From: an uncultured virus (IMG/VR IMGVR_UViG_3300020438_000023)
Taxonomy: Duplodnaviria; Heunggongvirae; Uroviricota; Caudoviricetes; Kyanoviridae
Virus record (IMG/VR): IMGVR_UViG_3300020438_000023
Coordinates: 1 to 64,000 of that record
Direction: 5' to 3' (one strand)
DNA: 64,000 bases
Shown: positions 1 through 9,189 of the stretch, in pieces
How positions within the stretch are numbered: position 1 is the stretch's first letter
Layout: every line of letters starts with the position of its first letter
Translations under genes and position numbers: made by a program
The notes under the pieces: generated by a model
The model's input: the letters and a program-made list of their open reading frames with translations, nothing else
The model's database searches: none
Told to the model about the DNA's origin: nothing

Positions 1-1391
1 GAAGAAACTTTCATGAGTCCTTCTTTTGCTTGAAAATGACGAGGAAGATTCATATACTGATTACCATCTGATCTTCTCTGCCATTCATTAGTGAAAGCGT
101 AAACTTCAAAAGGAATGTTTACTTTCTTACAGAACCAAACAAGATTGTATAATTGTTTTACAGTGTCCATAAGAACTTTAGACATAGATCCAGACCAGTC
201 GATAACAAAAATCAGTCCATGATTCTTACCATCAGCAAGAGTTGTGACCTTTTTGAATAAATCTTCGTTGTATTTGTAGGTATGCAGTTTAGTTGTATCT
301 AAGACACCTGTACGTGCTGTGGTAGCACGGGCATAAGAGTCTGCTGCTTTCTTACACTCAAACTCTTTTACAAGGTAGTTGACTTCTTTCTGTGCCTGTT
401 TTTTAAACTTTAAATAATTTTGATCTTCATCTTTGTAAATATCAAAGAACTCCTTATTATCTTCGTTAAATTTATCGATATGATCTTGAAACCAATTAGT
501 CGCATATTCATATACTTCATGAACATCAGCAACTACAGTATTTAAATTTAGTTTTGGAATTTCAACATAGACATTATCTTCTCCCATTGTAGAAACAAGA
601 TCCTGTAAATTTTCTTCAAGAGCATCTGCAGTCTTAGATTGAATCTCACCAGAAATTTCTCCACCAGATATCCCAGAATCTTGAGAGGCAACTTCACTTT
701 GTTCATCATACTGCATAGATTCTTCAGAAAAATCTTCAGAAGAAAATTCACCTTCATCAGAAGGAGTTTGATCAGTAGAATCTCCTTGATCTTGAGATTC
801 TGAAGAATTTTCATTACCATTCAAAGAGACATCTTGGCTCTCTTGTTCTTTCTTACAGAAGTTATATAATTTTTCAGCAGCAATCAACGTATCAGAAAAA
901 GTTTCACAATCACCAATCACACGTACAATAGAAACCTCATCTTCTTTGAAAGGAATACTAGCATGATTACCAATCTTGTAGTAAAGATTTACTCGATCGG
1001 CAAGATTCATCTCACCAATATTTTCATCCGCAATATCAAAAAAATCTTCTTCAGAAAGTTCAGAATATCCACGATAGAAAGTCTTAGAAAGACCGGGATA
1101 TTTACGCTTCATCAACTTCTCAATACGGACATCTTCTACGATATTTACAACACTAGGTGAAATTTTATAATCAATACTCCAATCTACATCAGGAGTAAAT
1201 AGGGCATGTCCAACTTCATGACCGACCAAGAGATCGTAGACAACTCCAGATGCCTTATCCCAAACAGGCAGAGTCAAAACTCGCGTATGAACATTGAACT
1301 GAGCTGTGTTAACCTTACGGTGCTCTACAACCAGATCCTCAGTTGCAAGCAACTTTGCTAGTTGAGACTTGATTTCCTGAGAAACAGACAT
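1..1391 (-). CDS. HExxH metallopeptidase-like / VWA (CobT-like) protein, 3' end runs off the window
   Basis: Absent from the ORF track because it has no stop in the window. Manual translation from ATG at 1391 gives MSVSQEIKSQLAKLLATEDLVVEHRKV...LLVGHEVGHALFTP (zinc motif) and later GLIFVIDWSGSM (VWA MIDAS DxSxS). A conserved cyanomyovirus gene found after gp46. Confidence 0.85.
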   Translation of the reverse strand, partial: MSVSQEIKSQLAKLLATEDLVVEHRKVNTAQFNVHTRVLTLPVWDKASGVVYDLLVGHEVGHALFTPDVDWSIDYKISPSVVNIVEDVRIEKLMKRKYPGLSKTFYRGYSELSEEDFFDIADENIGEMNLADRVNLYYKIGNHASIPFKEDEVSIVRVIGDCETFSDTLIAAEKLYNFCKKEQESQDVSLNGNENSSESQDQGDSTDQTPSDEGEFSSEDFSEESMQYDEQSEVASQDSGISGGEISGEIQSKTADALEENLQDLVSTMGEDNVYVEIPKLNLNTVVADVHEVYEYATNWFQDHIDKFNEDNKEFFDIYKDEDQNYLKFKKQAQKEVNYLVKEFECKKAADSYARATTARTGVLDTTKLHTYKYNEDLFKKVTTLADGKNHGLIFVIDWSGSMSKVLMDTVKQLYNLVWFCKKVNIPFEVYAFTNEWQRRSDGNQYMNLPRHFQAKEGLMKVS

Positions 1392-1560
1392 TGCTTTGAT
1401 GCGTATGAACGTAGTATACAAAAGAACCCCGCCTTTTGGGCGAGGTCATGTGACTCTTTTTAAACTGTCTTAGTCTTGCTTTCGCTTGACGAAGTGCCTG
1501 AGGTTTTAATTTTCTTTTCTGCTTTTTCCCAGAGTTGTGCTGCCAGTTCGGTATCGTCAT
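1339..1560 (-). CDS. small basic hypothetical protein (cyanophage-type, IPNWQHNSGKKQKRKLKPQALRQAK)
   Basis: ORF track. The N-terminal motif resembles a small ORF I recall at this position in T4-like cyanophages. The 3' part runs through a terminator and overlaps the next gene. Confidence 0.55.
   Translation of the reverse strand: MTIPNWQHNSGKKQKRKLKPQALRQAKARLRQFKKSHMTSPKRRGSFVYYVHTHQSNVCFSGNQVSTSKVACN
1419..1447 (-). terminator. intrinsic terminator
   Basis: Minus strand GACCTCGCC-CAAAA-GGCGGGGTTC followed by TTTTG: GC-rich stem with G-U pairs and a U-tract. Confidence 0.7.
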
Positions 1561-1630
1561 GGTACTCGTCCAGTGTTTTATTAATCAATCTATCATACCA
1601 ATCAGAATTATCAAGATGGAAATTTTCCAT
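1460..1630 (-). CDS. 56-aa hypothetical protein (MENFHLDNSDWYDRLINKTLDEYHDD...)
   Basis: Manual translation (below the track cutoff). It starts ~10 nt after tandem ATAAATA late-promoter motifs at 1639-1649 and overlaps 1339..1560 in another frame. Confidence 0.45.
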   Translation of the reverse strand: MENFHLDNSDWYDRLINKTLDEYHDDTELAAQLWEKAEKKIKTSGTSSSESKTKTV

Positions 1631-1648
1631 AGATTTTTTATTTATTTA

Positions 1649-2488
1649 TTATGATGTAAGTAATTCTGGATAAAATTCTTCATAATACCAAAAATTTTCT
1701 CCTAGTATTTTATCTTCTGCTGTTGGACATATATTAAATTTCCAAGGATCTCTATTTTCTAATTTTGAATTTATCTTATGTCTACCATAAGGCAAGAACA
1801 TAGCATCATGAAAAGGTATCTGCTGTATATCTTCAAAATTATTTTTAAAGGGAGATGCACCAATAAAGTCATATATGATTGAAAGCTCCCGATAAGGATT
1901 TTCTATGAGATCTTCATACCTAACAAAAAGAAAATTTTCATCTAACTTATTACAATCTAATAACTCTTTAATAAGAATTAAGTTTCTTCTAATCATTTGA
2001 TTAGAAAAAACCGCGTCAACTTTTACCTCTTCAATATTTGTTTCTCTATAATCATAATCTTGTTCTCCAAAAAGATATTCGTCATTATAGCTCAGAGGCG
2101 TTTTCTTTTCAATCTTTAAAAGAGATCCATACACTCCTCTTAAGTCTCTTATACAAATAATAAATTTTGTTCCAGTAAAAGCATTTTTAACTATATCTAT
2201 AAGTTCATTCCATGCTCTACACTTATCTAAAAAAAATTTTTTATTGGATAAAGTGTTCATCCAAGAATAAGCACCGTCTCTGCAAAAATTATAAAAAAGA
2301 TCATATGAAGTATCAGAATTGAACTGAGAATTATTAATATTCCCATTAAGAGTTTCTTGCATACCCAGTATCATAGTAGATAGTAAAGAATCTGGAGATC
2401 CATAAACATCAGGATGCTGACTAACTAAATTTATTAAAAGAGTAGATCCTGATCTTGGAAGTCCACACATAGGAACTAATATTGTCAT
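1649..2488 (-). CDS. PAPS-dependent sulfotransferase family protein
   Basis: 5'-PSB loop GLPRSGSTLL, 3'-PB motif ICIRDLRGVYGS and FVRYEDL motif. Its start overlaps the gp46 stop (ATGA). Confidence 0.85.
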   Translation of the reverse strand: MTILVPMCGLPRSGSTLLINLVSQHPDVYGSPDSLLSTMILGMQETLNGNINNSQFNSDTSYDLFYNFCRDGAYSWMNTLSNKKFFLDKCRAWNELIDIVKNAFTGTKFIICIRDLRGVYGSLLKIEKKTPLSYNDEYLFGEQDYDYRETNIEEVKVDAVFSNQMIRRNLILIKELLDCNKLDENFLFVRYEDLIENPYRELSIIYDFIGASPFKNNFEDIQQIPFHDAMFLPYGRHKINSKLENRDPWKFNICPTAEDKILGENFWYYEEFYPELLTS

Positions 2489-4194
2489 TGTTTATATGAG
2501 AAGTTTTTAACTTTTTCAAATCGAATAGTCTCATGAAATTTATCATGCAAGGACTCTTTATGAGATATAATAAAGATATTAGAATCTTTGATAACGTATC
2601 TAATAATTTTAAGAAATTCTTCTGTACCAAATCCATCAAGAGATGAATCGAATACCTCATCCATGATTAGTAAATTAGTACTTGTAGAGTTTTTAAACTT
2701 TGCTACTTCTCTCCAAGTGAATAGTAGTGCAAGATCAATTCTTTGCTTTTCACCTTCACTAAAAGAACTATAGGAGAAGTCTTCATGAATAGGAGACTGG
2801 ACGGTTTCATTAAACTCTTCATCTAGAGTAAAGTTAATGTAGAAGTCCATCATCTGCAGATAACGGTTTACTTGCTGATTTATCAGCGGTAGATACTTCT
2901 TAATAATTTGAGATTTAACCCCGCCGTCTTTTAAAAGTCCATACGCAAAATCGTAATGACTATTAGAGTCTCTTCTTTGTGCGAGCTCGTCGTAGGTAAT
3001 ATTAAGTTTTTCTTTGAAGGATTCTAGTTTTTCATTTTCAGCAGTTCTATTTGCAAGTTGGTCGGTAACTCTTTGAATTTCCGATTCCAGATCCCTGACT
3101 TGTCGTTGACATCCAGCGATCTTAATATTGTTTTGAGAAATGCCATGTGCTAGGGAAGTAATCTCCTTCGATAAATTAGTGAAATGATGCTCTCGATTTT
3201 CTTCTTCTTTAATTGCTTCTTCTAGTTGTTTATAACCAGATTGCAATTCTTTTGCTTTATCTTGAGCCTCATCAATTTTATTTATTCTGAAGGTCTCTTC
3301 AATATCTTGGTCACATGTTGGGCATACCGTATGCTCTGTAAAAAATTTATGTTCCTTAGTAATAGTTGATACTTTGTTAGAAATCTTACCTTTTAGATTA
3401 CCAAGTGTACGAAGTTTTTCTTTAGCTCCAGAATAATTTTCGGTTTTCTTTTGGAGATCAATCAATTCACGATTCTTTGATTCATTATCTCCCATCCAAT
3501 TATTTTCTTCTACAAGGAGTTGTCCAATTTTTGTTTCTTTATCTACAACATTTTGCTTAGCACGATTCTCCAGTTCATCAATAAAATTCTCTTGCATTTT
3601 TAACTTATCAGTAAGAGAATCTTTTTTGAGTTCATACACACGAATATCTTCCTTTGACCGACGAATCTTATCTTTAATAAGATTATTCATTGAGGTAAAG
3701 ATCTTAATATCAAGAAGGTCTTCAATAACTTCTCTCCTGTTTGCAGAAGATAACTGCATGAAAGGGACAAAGTTACTACTACCAAGAATTACAATCTGTG
3801 TGAAAGACTTATAGTTCATTTTTAAAATAGTCTGTTCAAGCCACTTCTGCTGATCATTAGCGGAAGATGATTGATCTAACTTAGTATCGTTTCTATAGAT
3901 CTCAAATAATGCGGGTTTGATTCCTCTACAAATTTTCCAGTTAGTATTACCAATTTTAAATTCTATTTCAACAATACAATCCTTTTCATTTGTAGAGTTT
4001 ATAAGTTGAGGTTTATTAATTTTACGGAAAGGTTTACCAAAAAGAGAAAAGCAGAGTGCATCAAGAATTGTGCTTTTTCCTGCTCCATTATTACCAATGA
4101 TTAATGTAGTCTGGTTTTTATCTAATTTTATTTCTGTAAACTGATTTCCAGTAGAGAGAAAGTTTTTCCAACGAATAGTTTCAAACAGTATCAT
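2485..4194 (-). CDS. gp46: recombination endonuclease ATPase subunit (Rad50/SbcC-like)
   Basis: Walker A GNNGAGKST, zinc hook CPTC, signature FSEGEK, Walker B LLIMDEVFD; next to gp47. Confidence 0.97.
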   Translation of the reverse strand: MILFETIRWKNFLSTGNQFTEIKLDKNQTTLIIGNNGAGKSTILDALCFSLFGKPFRKINKPQLINSTNEKDCIVEIEFKIGNTNWKICRGIKPALFEIYRNDTKLDQSSSANDQQKWLEQTILKMNYKSFTQIVILGSSNFVPFMQLSSANRREVIEDLLDIKIFTSMNNLIKDKIRRSKEDIRVYELKKDSLTDKLKMQENFIDELENRAKQNVVDKETKIGQLLVEENNWMGDNESKNRELIDLQKKTENYSGAKEKLRTLGNLKGKISNKVSTITKEHKFFTEHTVCPTCDQDIEETFRINKIDEAQDKAKELQSGYKQLEEAIKEEENREHHFTNLSKEITSLAHGISQNNIKIAGCQRQVRDLESEIQRVTDQLANRTAENEKLESFKEKLNITYDELAQRRDSNSHYDFAYGLLKDGGVKSQIIKKYLPLINQQVNRYLQMMDFYINFTLDEEFNETVQSPIHEDFSYSSFSEGEKQRIDLALLFTWREVAKFKNSTSTNLLIMDEVFDSSLDGFGTEEFLKIIRYVIKDSNIFIISHKESLHDKFHETIRFEKVKNFSYKQ

Positions 4195-4453
4195 TTTCTA
4201 ATAGAGGAGGAATAACAAGATCATTTTTAGTTATTATAGCGTAATTATATTCATTTTGATCACAAGTAAAAAGTAAAAGTTCATCATCGACTTCCATAAC
4301 ATTCATTTCAGGATAGTTAGTATCTTCTAGCATTATAGAAAATCTAGTAGCATCATCCTCTTCTTCAAAAATATACAGTACTTTAACGCCTCGCTCATTA
4401 GCTACAGAATAAGCTCCATCATCTTCGCGATCCTTTACTGTAAGTATAAACAT
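4181..4453 (-). CDS. conserved hypothetical protein between gp47 and gp46
   Basis: Acidic 90-aa ORF overlapping both neighbours, in the usual cyanophage position. Confidence 0.8.
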   Translation of the reverse strand: MFILTVKDREDDGAYSVANERGVKVLYIFEEEDDATRFSIMLEDTNYPEMNVMEVDDELLLFTCDQNEYNYAIITKNDLVIPPLLENDTV

Positions 4454-5502
4454 TACACAAGTTCACAAGCTTCTCTATATATCTCAGATATTATTTTCTT
4501 GACCATAGTTTTATCCAGATCAATTTCGGATTCTTCAATATGTTTATTGAGGATTGATAGTGTGTCCTCAGATTCAACTTCAGAATCTTCGCTCTCAAGA
4601 TACCCATTATTATAGTCAAAGTTTTCAATTACTTTTAAATCAGAAACTCCAGCATCATAAAGTTTATCAATAAACTTTTCAAATTTTTTAGAATCTGTTT
4701 TCTTTTTTACAATAACTTTAATAAGTTTGTTTTCATACTCGCGAGCATCAAAAGTTTGATAAGGAGTATCATCATAGTATATTTTGTAAAAAAGTCTATA
4801 TGGATTGTCTACATGAAAATGTTCAAGAGTTTCTGTATCAAAGATGGCGAATCCTCTCCGATCACCAACATCGTTCCAGAACATTTCGTATGGGTTTCCC
4901 AAGTAATAGACCCGTCCATTATTCGATCTAGTGTGATAGTGACCGCTGAAGACATGGGTGAACTTCTCAAATAACTCGCTTGCATAACCATGCTCCATGA
5001 CGAATCCTTTATAAGGAGCAAATCCTTTGAGCTCAAGGTGCCCCATCGCGCAGTTGCAACTTGTATTTTGAATATATTTGAGAGTAGATTCTTCATTTTC
5101 TTCATTAATCCATGGTATAAAAAGAATGGGTAATCCACCAACAGTTTCTTCAGTAGGTTCCGAATAAACTGTTACATTATCATACTCTCTAAGTAAAAGG
5201 TCTACTGCATTAACATCATTTGTATTTTTGTAATAAGCAGTATGATTACCAACAATGGTGTGTACTCGTATACCCATTGCTTTCAGTCTATCATAATAAT
5301 TGTTTTTTGCCCACGCTAGAGCAGAAAAATCAATACCTTTACGGGAGTCGAAAGTGTCTCCCATATCAATAACCGTAGTAATTCCGTGCTCTTCCAAATA
5401 AGGAAAGAACACGTCATTATAGAACTTCAGGAAATAGTCATGAAATAACTTAGAGTTTTTACGAGCACCAAAATGCTGATCAGTGATAATTGCTACTTTC
5501 AT
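4453..5502 (-). CDS. gp47: recombination endonuclease nuclease subunit (Mre11/SbcD-like)
   Basis: Metallophosphoesterase motifs TDQHFG, GDTFD, GNH, GHLE and SGHYH. Confidence 0.97.
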   Translation of the reverse strand: MKVAIITDQHFGARKNSKLFHDYFLKFYNDVFFPYLEEHGITTVIDMGDTFDSRKGIDFSALAWAKNNYYDRLKAMGIRVHTIVGNHTAYYKNTNDVNAVDLLLREYDNVTVYSEPTEETVGGLPILFIPWINEENEESTLKYIQNTSCNCAMGHLELKGFAPYKGFVMEHGYASELFEKFTHVFSGHYHTRSNNGRVYYLGNPYEMFWNDVGDRRGFAIFDTETLEHFHVDNPYRLFYKIYYDDTPYQTFDAREYENKLIKVIVKKKTDSKKFEKFIDKLYDAGVSDLKVIENFDYNNGYLESEDSEVESEDTLSILNKHIEESEIDLDKTMVKKIISEIYREACELV

Positions 5503-6011
5503 TACAAATTAAAATCAGTGGTAATCGCTTGTGATATGTCTCTAGTATACCACATTATCAGAGTATATCTACAATTAGAAATGACATCATTAACTTGATG
5601 CATGTACTTCATTCCATCGAAGGCGATTGTCTTTCCAGTTTTAGGTACAATTGTTATATTTTCTTGTTTGATATATGTTTCACCGCCAGCATAATTATCA
5701 TTTAGATTTGTTATTGATACAAGTTCAGTAGATGATCTTCCAGTATCATAGTGTAAATCCATACCAGCTCCAGGTCTCCACAAAACAAATTGTGCATATT
5801 CAATGAAGACTAATCCAAAAGTTTGACTTAAAGATCTTTCAATAATGGTTGCTGCTTTTTTTGCAGTTATAAAATCATTACCTTCAATATTAGTCAGATT
5901 CATTATTATTGATCCATTATAACTTTGTTGAATATGACGATTTTTTTCAAATATATTGATAAGTTCTTCACAGACAACAGGATGAATTAAGTCAGGATCT
6001 ATTAGTATCAT
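5502..6011 (-). CDS. 2OG-Fe(II) oxygenase (prolyl 4-hydroxylase-like)
   Basis: HxD (LHYD), LNDNYAGGET, distal His (MHQV) and the 2OG-binding Arg (RYTL). Confidence 0.85.
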   Translation of the reverse strand: MILIDPDLIHPVVCEELINIFEKNRHIQQSYNGSIIMNLTNIEGNDFITAKKAATIIERSLSQTFGLVFIEYAQFVLWRPGAGMDLHYDTGRSSTELVSITNLNDNYAGGETYIKQENITIVPKTGKTIAFDGMKYMHQVNDVISNCRYTLIMWYTRDISQAITTDFNL

Positions 6012-6012
6012 A

Positions 6013-6561
6013 CTAATATCTTAATTTAGAATGAATAGCGTCTTTGATACTATTGTAATCAGAGTAGTTAGATCCGTCAAGAGAGTTGTCTTCAAAGACT
6101 TGCTCAAATCCTGTTCTCTCAAGAATTTTATTCTTAACTTCTAACTGACGTTTTTCTTTTTGAATACGACGCAGAAAAGCGTAATGAATAATCTGAGTGA
6201 AATACGCAAAGGGATTCTGGGATTTCTCTGGGTTAAAGTTGTGTATGTACTGAACACAGTTCTCAATTCCGTCAGAGATCATGTCCTCTTTGAACATGTA
6301 GTTGACGAAGTTTGGTTTGAATGATAGATGATTTGCAATCTTCAAGAAACACTCCCCAACATATCTTGGAATGGGTGGCTTACCTTCCCATCGTTTTGCT
6401 CTTTCAGACTTATCTAATAATGTTAGATCTTCTTTATAAAGTTTCATGTAAGAGACTTCGACATTAGTTCGATAGTCAATGAGTGCTGCGAGAAACTCTT
6501 TGTTGTTAACGTAATGTTCTGATCTTTTTTTTCTAGGAGTCATGTTTGGAGTAATAGCCAT
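6013..6561 (-). CDS. gp55: late transcription sigma factor
   Basis: HYVNNKEFL, GECFLKIANHLS, NFVNYMFKEDMISDGIENC and NPFAYFTQI motifs; synteny with gp47. Confidence 0.97.
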   Translation of the reverse strand: MAITPNMTPRKKRSEHYVNNKEFLAALIDYRTNVEVSYMKLYKEDLTLLDKSERAKRWEGKPPIPRYVGECFLKIANHLSFKPNFVNYMFKEDMISDGIENCVQYIHNFNPEKSQNPFAYFTQIIHYAFLRRIQKEKRQLEVKNKILERTGFEQVFEDNSLDGSNYSDYNSIKDAIHSKLRY

Positions 6562-6584
6562 ATTGTTATCTTGTATATGTAGAT

Positions 6585-6613
6585 ATTATAACATTAGAAA
6601 CCTAACTTGACAA
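6585..6613 (-). promoter_or_regulatory. sigma70-type promoter for the gp55-gp47-gp46 operon
   Basis: Minus strand TTGTCA-N17-TATAAT with an extended -10 TG, 24 nt upstream of the gp55 ATG. Confidence 0.8.
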
Positions 6614-6635
6614 GGTTCTCATATAACGATACAAT
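6607..6635 (+). promoter_or_regulatory. divergent sigma70-type promoter pointing antisense into the uvsW operon
   Basis: Plus strand TTGACA(6607-6612)-N17-TACAAT(6630-6635). It shares the CTTGACAAG palindrome with the gp55 promoter. Confidence 0.6.
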
Positions 6636-6670
6636 TACCTTTGTGGAGGTTAATAAGTAATTTATTAGCT

Positions 6671-7057
6671 TTAACTCTTCTTATAAAGCCTTTCCAAGAG
6701 TTTCTTTGCTTCATTAATACTTCCTACATATCCCATCTTTCCTGAGAGTTTTAGTTGTCCACGATCATCATTTGTGTCTTTAAGGAACGTCTCATAGATA
6801 ATAATGATTTGTTCATTTTCAGATTCAGAGATAGTAATAACTTTATCCATACTAAGTAAAAACATATCATCAGATGATGTCTTTAACCAAGGTTCTACTT
6901 TGTATCCATTTACTTCTCTCTTCTGAGAAAACATAGGAGTAACAATTACAGGATTACTTAGTAACAAATATTTTCCATCTTTTTCAATTGTATTTACGAT
7001 TCCAAATAATTCTTCTCCACTTACAAGTTTGATTGATGCATAAAATTCTTCTTCCAT
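6671..7057 (-). CDS. conserved hypothetical protein (Sm-like fold; often labelled 'methylamine utilization' in cyanophages)
   Basis: YASIKLVSGEELFG...LSNPV...PWLK pattern; located between uvsW and gp55. Confidence 0.75.
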   Translation of the reverse strand: MEEEFYASIKLVSGEELFGIVNTIEKDGKYLLLSNPVIVTPMFSQKREVNGYKVEPWLKTSSDDMFLLSMDKVITISESENEQIIIIYETFLKDTNDDRGQLKLSGKMGYVGSINEAKKLLERLYKKS

Positions 7058-7060
7058 AAA

Positions 7061-8524
7061 TTATTCCTTAAGGTTGATTGTTGTTATCTCATAATTAAAA
7101 TCCTCTTCATTGTATATTTTAATTCTTTCTATCAAGTGATTTAAAGTATAGTTTTTCCTTGATCCATATGTACAATCATCAGAGATGTCGTAGAGGACGG
7201 CTTTAGTTTTATTTTTTCCTTTTCTAAGTACTCTTCCAATTGATTGAAGATTTCTAATTCGTGACTTACTGGGTGATGCAAAGATAACATTATGGAGGTT
7301 CTTAATGTTAATACCAGTAGAAAAAGTTCCATAAGAAGCGACAATAATAGCATTATCTTCTTTTTCGGTTATTTCCCTTACAAGTTCTCGTTCAGATGTA
7401 TGTACACCACCATGAATAAAGAATACCTTTCTATCATCTCCCGTATTACTATTTATTAGGTCATGCAATACTGCTCCATGAGATTCTACTCGTTGAAATA
7501 AAACAAGAGTATTACCTTTTAAATCTACAGCAAGATTTTTTATAAAGTTATTTCTTTTATCATGGTTTATGATATACTGTACTTCATCTTCAAATACTTC
7601 AAACTTCTGTGGATTATGTTTTAGCACAATACAATTAATATCTAAGGTTGCAAGATGTCCCTGAGACATTAGTTCTGCTGTTTGTGTTACTTTATATGAT
7701 GGACCAAACACTCCCTCCAGTACCCATTTATGTGTTTGCGTTCCATCAAGAGTACCTGTAAATCCAAATCGATATTTTGCATCAGCAAGTTTGGTCATTA
7801 TACCAATGAGAGATTTAGATTTAAATTGATGAGCTTCATCTCCTATAACAACTTCGTAGTCTTCAAAGAAATTTCTATCTAATTTATAAATAGATTGCCA
7901 AGTTGTAACCGTTACAGGTAAATCGCTATATTTTTCTTTTCCCGAATATATTTTATGACAGTATGAATCAGCATCCCAACCATAGTCCTGAAAGTCACCG
8001 ACTATTTGCTCTACAAGGCTGGTCGTCGGAACAACTACAAGAATTTTTTTCTTCTTATCCATATAGTAACGCACGATTGCGTAAATCATCAGACTTTTTC
8101 CTGACGCAGTGGGACTTATCAATAACTTTCGATTATGTCGTAGGGCATCATATACTCCCTCTACTTGATAAGTCCTAGGTGAAAAGGAACAAATAGATCC
8201 CATGTATCCTTTCACGCCTTCGTAGGAAATCTCTTCGTTTATTTCAAACGGAAGTCCATAAAATTTATTTTCTTCAAAACTGTATGTGTAATTATAATTC
8301 TTACAAAAACTAACTATCTTATCTAATAATCCAACATAGATTTTTTTCGATCTCATATCGAATAAATGAATTTCTCCATTCCAATTCTTACCTCTATACT
8401 GAGGCATAAACTTTGCATTTGGAACTTCAAATGTAAAATGATCTCTTAACTCATATTCTATATGAGGGTCTGTGGTAATTTTAAGAAATACTTCATTGGA
8501 CTTTGATATAACAAGATCCGTCAC
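7061..8524 (-). CDS. uvsW: SF2 DNA helicase
   Basis: SPTASGKS, DEAH, TGT, STGINIKNLH and QSIGRVLR motifs; GTG start; late motif at 8546-8552. Confidence 0.96.
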   Translation of the reverse strand: MTDLVISKSNEVFLKITTDPHIEYELRDHFTFEVPNAKFMPQYRGKNWNGEIHLFDMRSKKIYVGLLDKIVSFCKNYNYTYSFEENKFYGLPFEINEEISYEGVKGYMGSICSFSPRTYQVEGVYDALRHNRKLLISPTASGKSLMIYAIVRYYMDKKKKILVVVPTTSLVEQIVGDFQDYGWDADSYCHKIYSGKEKYSDLPVTVTTWQSIYKLDRNFFEDYEVVIGDEAHQFKSKSLIGIMTKLADAKYRFGFTGTLDGTQTHKWVLEGVFGPSYKVTQTAELMSQGHLATLDINCIVLKHNPQKFEVFEDEVQYIINHDKRNNFIKNLAVDLKGNTLVLFQRVESHGAVLHDLINSNTGDDRKVFFIHGGVHTSERELVREITEKEDNAIIVASYGTFSTGINIKNLHNVIFASPSKSRIRNLQSIGRVLRKGKNKTKAVLYDISDDCTYGSRKNYTLNHLIERIKIYNEEDFNYEITTINLKE

Positions 8525-8551
8525 ATCATAACATTCAACTACAAGTATTTA

Positions 8552-8752
8552 TTACATATTGTCAAACTTATATTCTAGTATCATTCGATATAATGAATCT
8601 CTTAAATACCAAAGATGCTCTTGCTCTGCTGGGTGCCTAGATGGAGATCCTTCCCATAATCGTATACGTTCAAGAACACAATGATGCAGAAGATGAATAT
8701 CTTTTATAGTCAAATTTACAGTATAATCATATTCCCATTGCTCTTCTTCCAT
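8552..8752 (-). CDS. hypothetical protein
   Basis: 66-aa ORF coupled to the uvsY stop; fills the gap exactly. Confidence 0.7.
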   Translation of the reverse strand: MEEEQWEYDYTVNLTIKDIHLLHHCVLERIRLWEGSPSRHPAEQEHLWYLRDSLYRMILEYKFDNM

Positions 8753-9189
8753 TACCCTAGTCCTGCGGTAAATTTCATAAACTCAATAGCATTTTTTATC
8801 TGATAAGTTCTATTTGAAATTTGTTTTAAAATACTATCAATGTATGAAAGAATGGTATCATAGTACTCGATCTTTAATGAGGAGTTTGCTAATTTTTGGT
8901 CAGCATCCATATATTTCTGCATAGTATCTTTATCTCTAATTTTTTTAGGAAAAGGATTTTCTACATATACATCTGGATCTGCTTTGCCTGAAAAATATTC
9001 GTATCTTTCATGTCTAATATTTTTTCTTTGTTGTTCTGCTTTCTTTCTTAAAAGAGAAATGTTATTATACAGTTCATGATATTTTGAATGAAGAACAGGG
9101 ATATTTAATGATTCAGTATGAAGATTATCTGGATCTATTTTTGAATCTCTTTCCCACATTTCTTGGAGTTTTTCAAGATCAATACTCAT
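8752..9189 (-). CDS. uvsY: recombination mediator protein
   Basis: WERDSKID...LHSKY...RYEYFSGKA...RTYQIKNAIEF motifs; between gp3 and uvsW. Confidence 0.93.
   Translation of the reverse strand: MSIDLEKLQEMWERDSKIDPDNLHTESLNIPVLHSKYHELYNNISLLRKKAEQQRKNIRHERYEYFSGKADPDVYVENPFPKKIRDKDTMQKYMDADQKLANSSLKIEYYDTILSYIDSILKQISNRTYQIKNAIEFMKFTAGLG

Noticed and set aside
548..820. 90-aa minus-strand ORF and other nested alternative-frame minus ORFs (2421..2660, 4809..5141, 9758..10150, 47794..48045 etc.)
   Set aside because: They are out-of-frame shadows inside longer genes with clear motifs; 548..820 lies within the 1391-to-edge peptidase/VWA gene.
1413..1441. TATACT -10-like box upstream of the peptidase/VWA gene
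   Set aside because: No acceptable -35 at 17 bp spacing (the terminator hairpin occupies it), so it is not called as a promoter.
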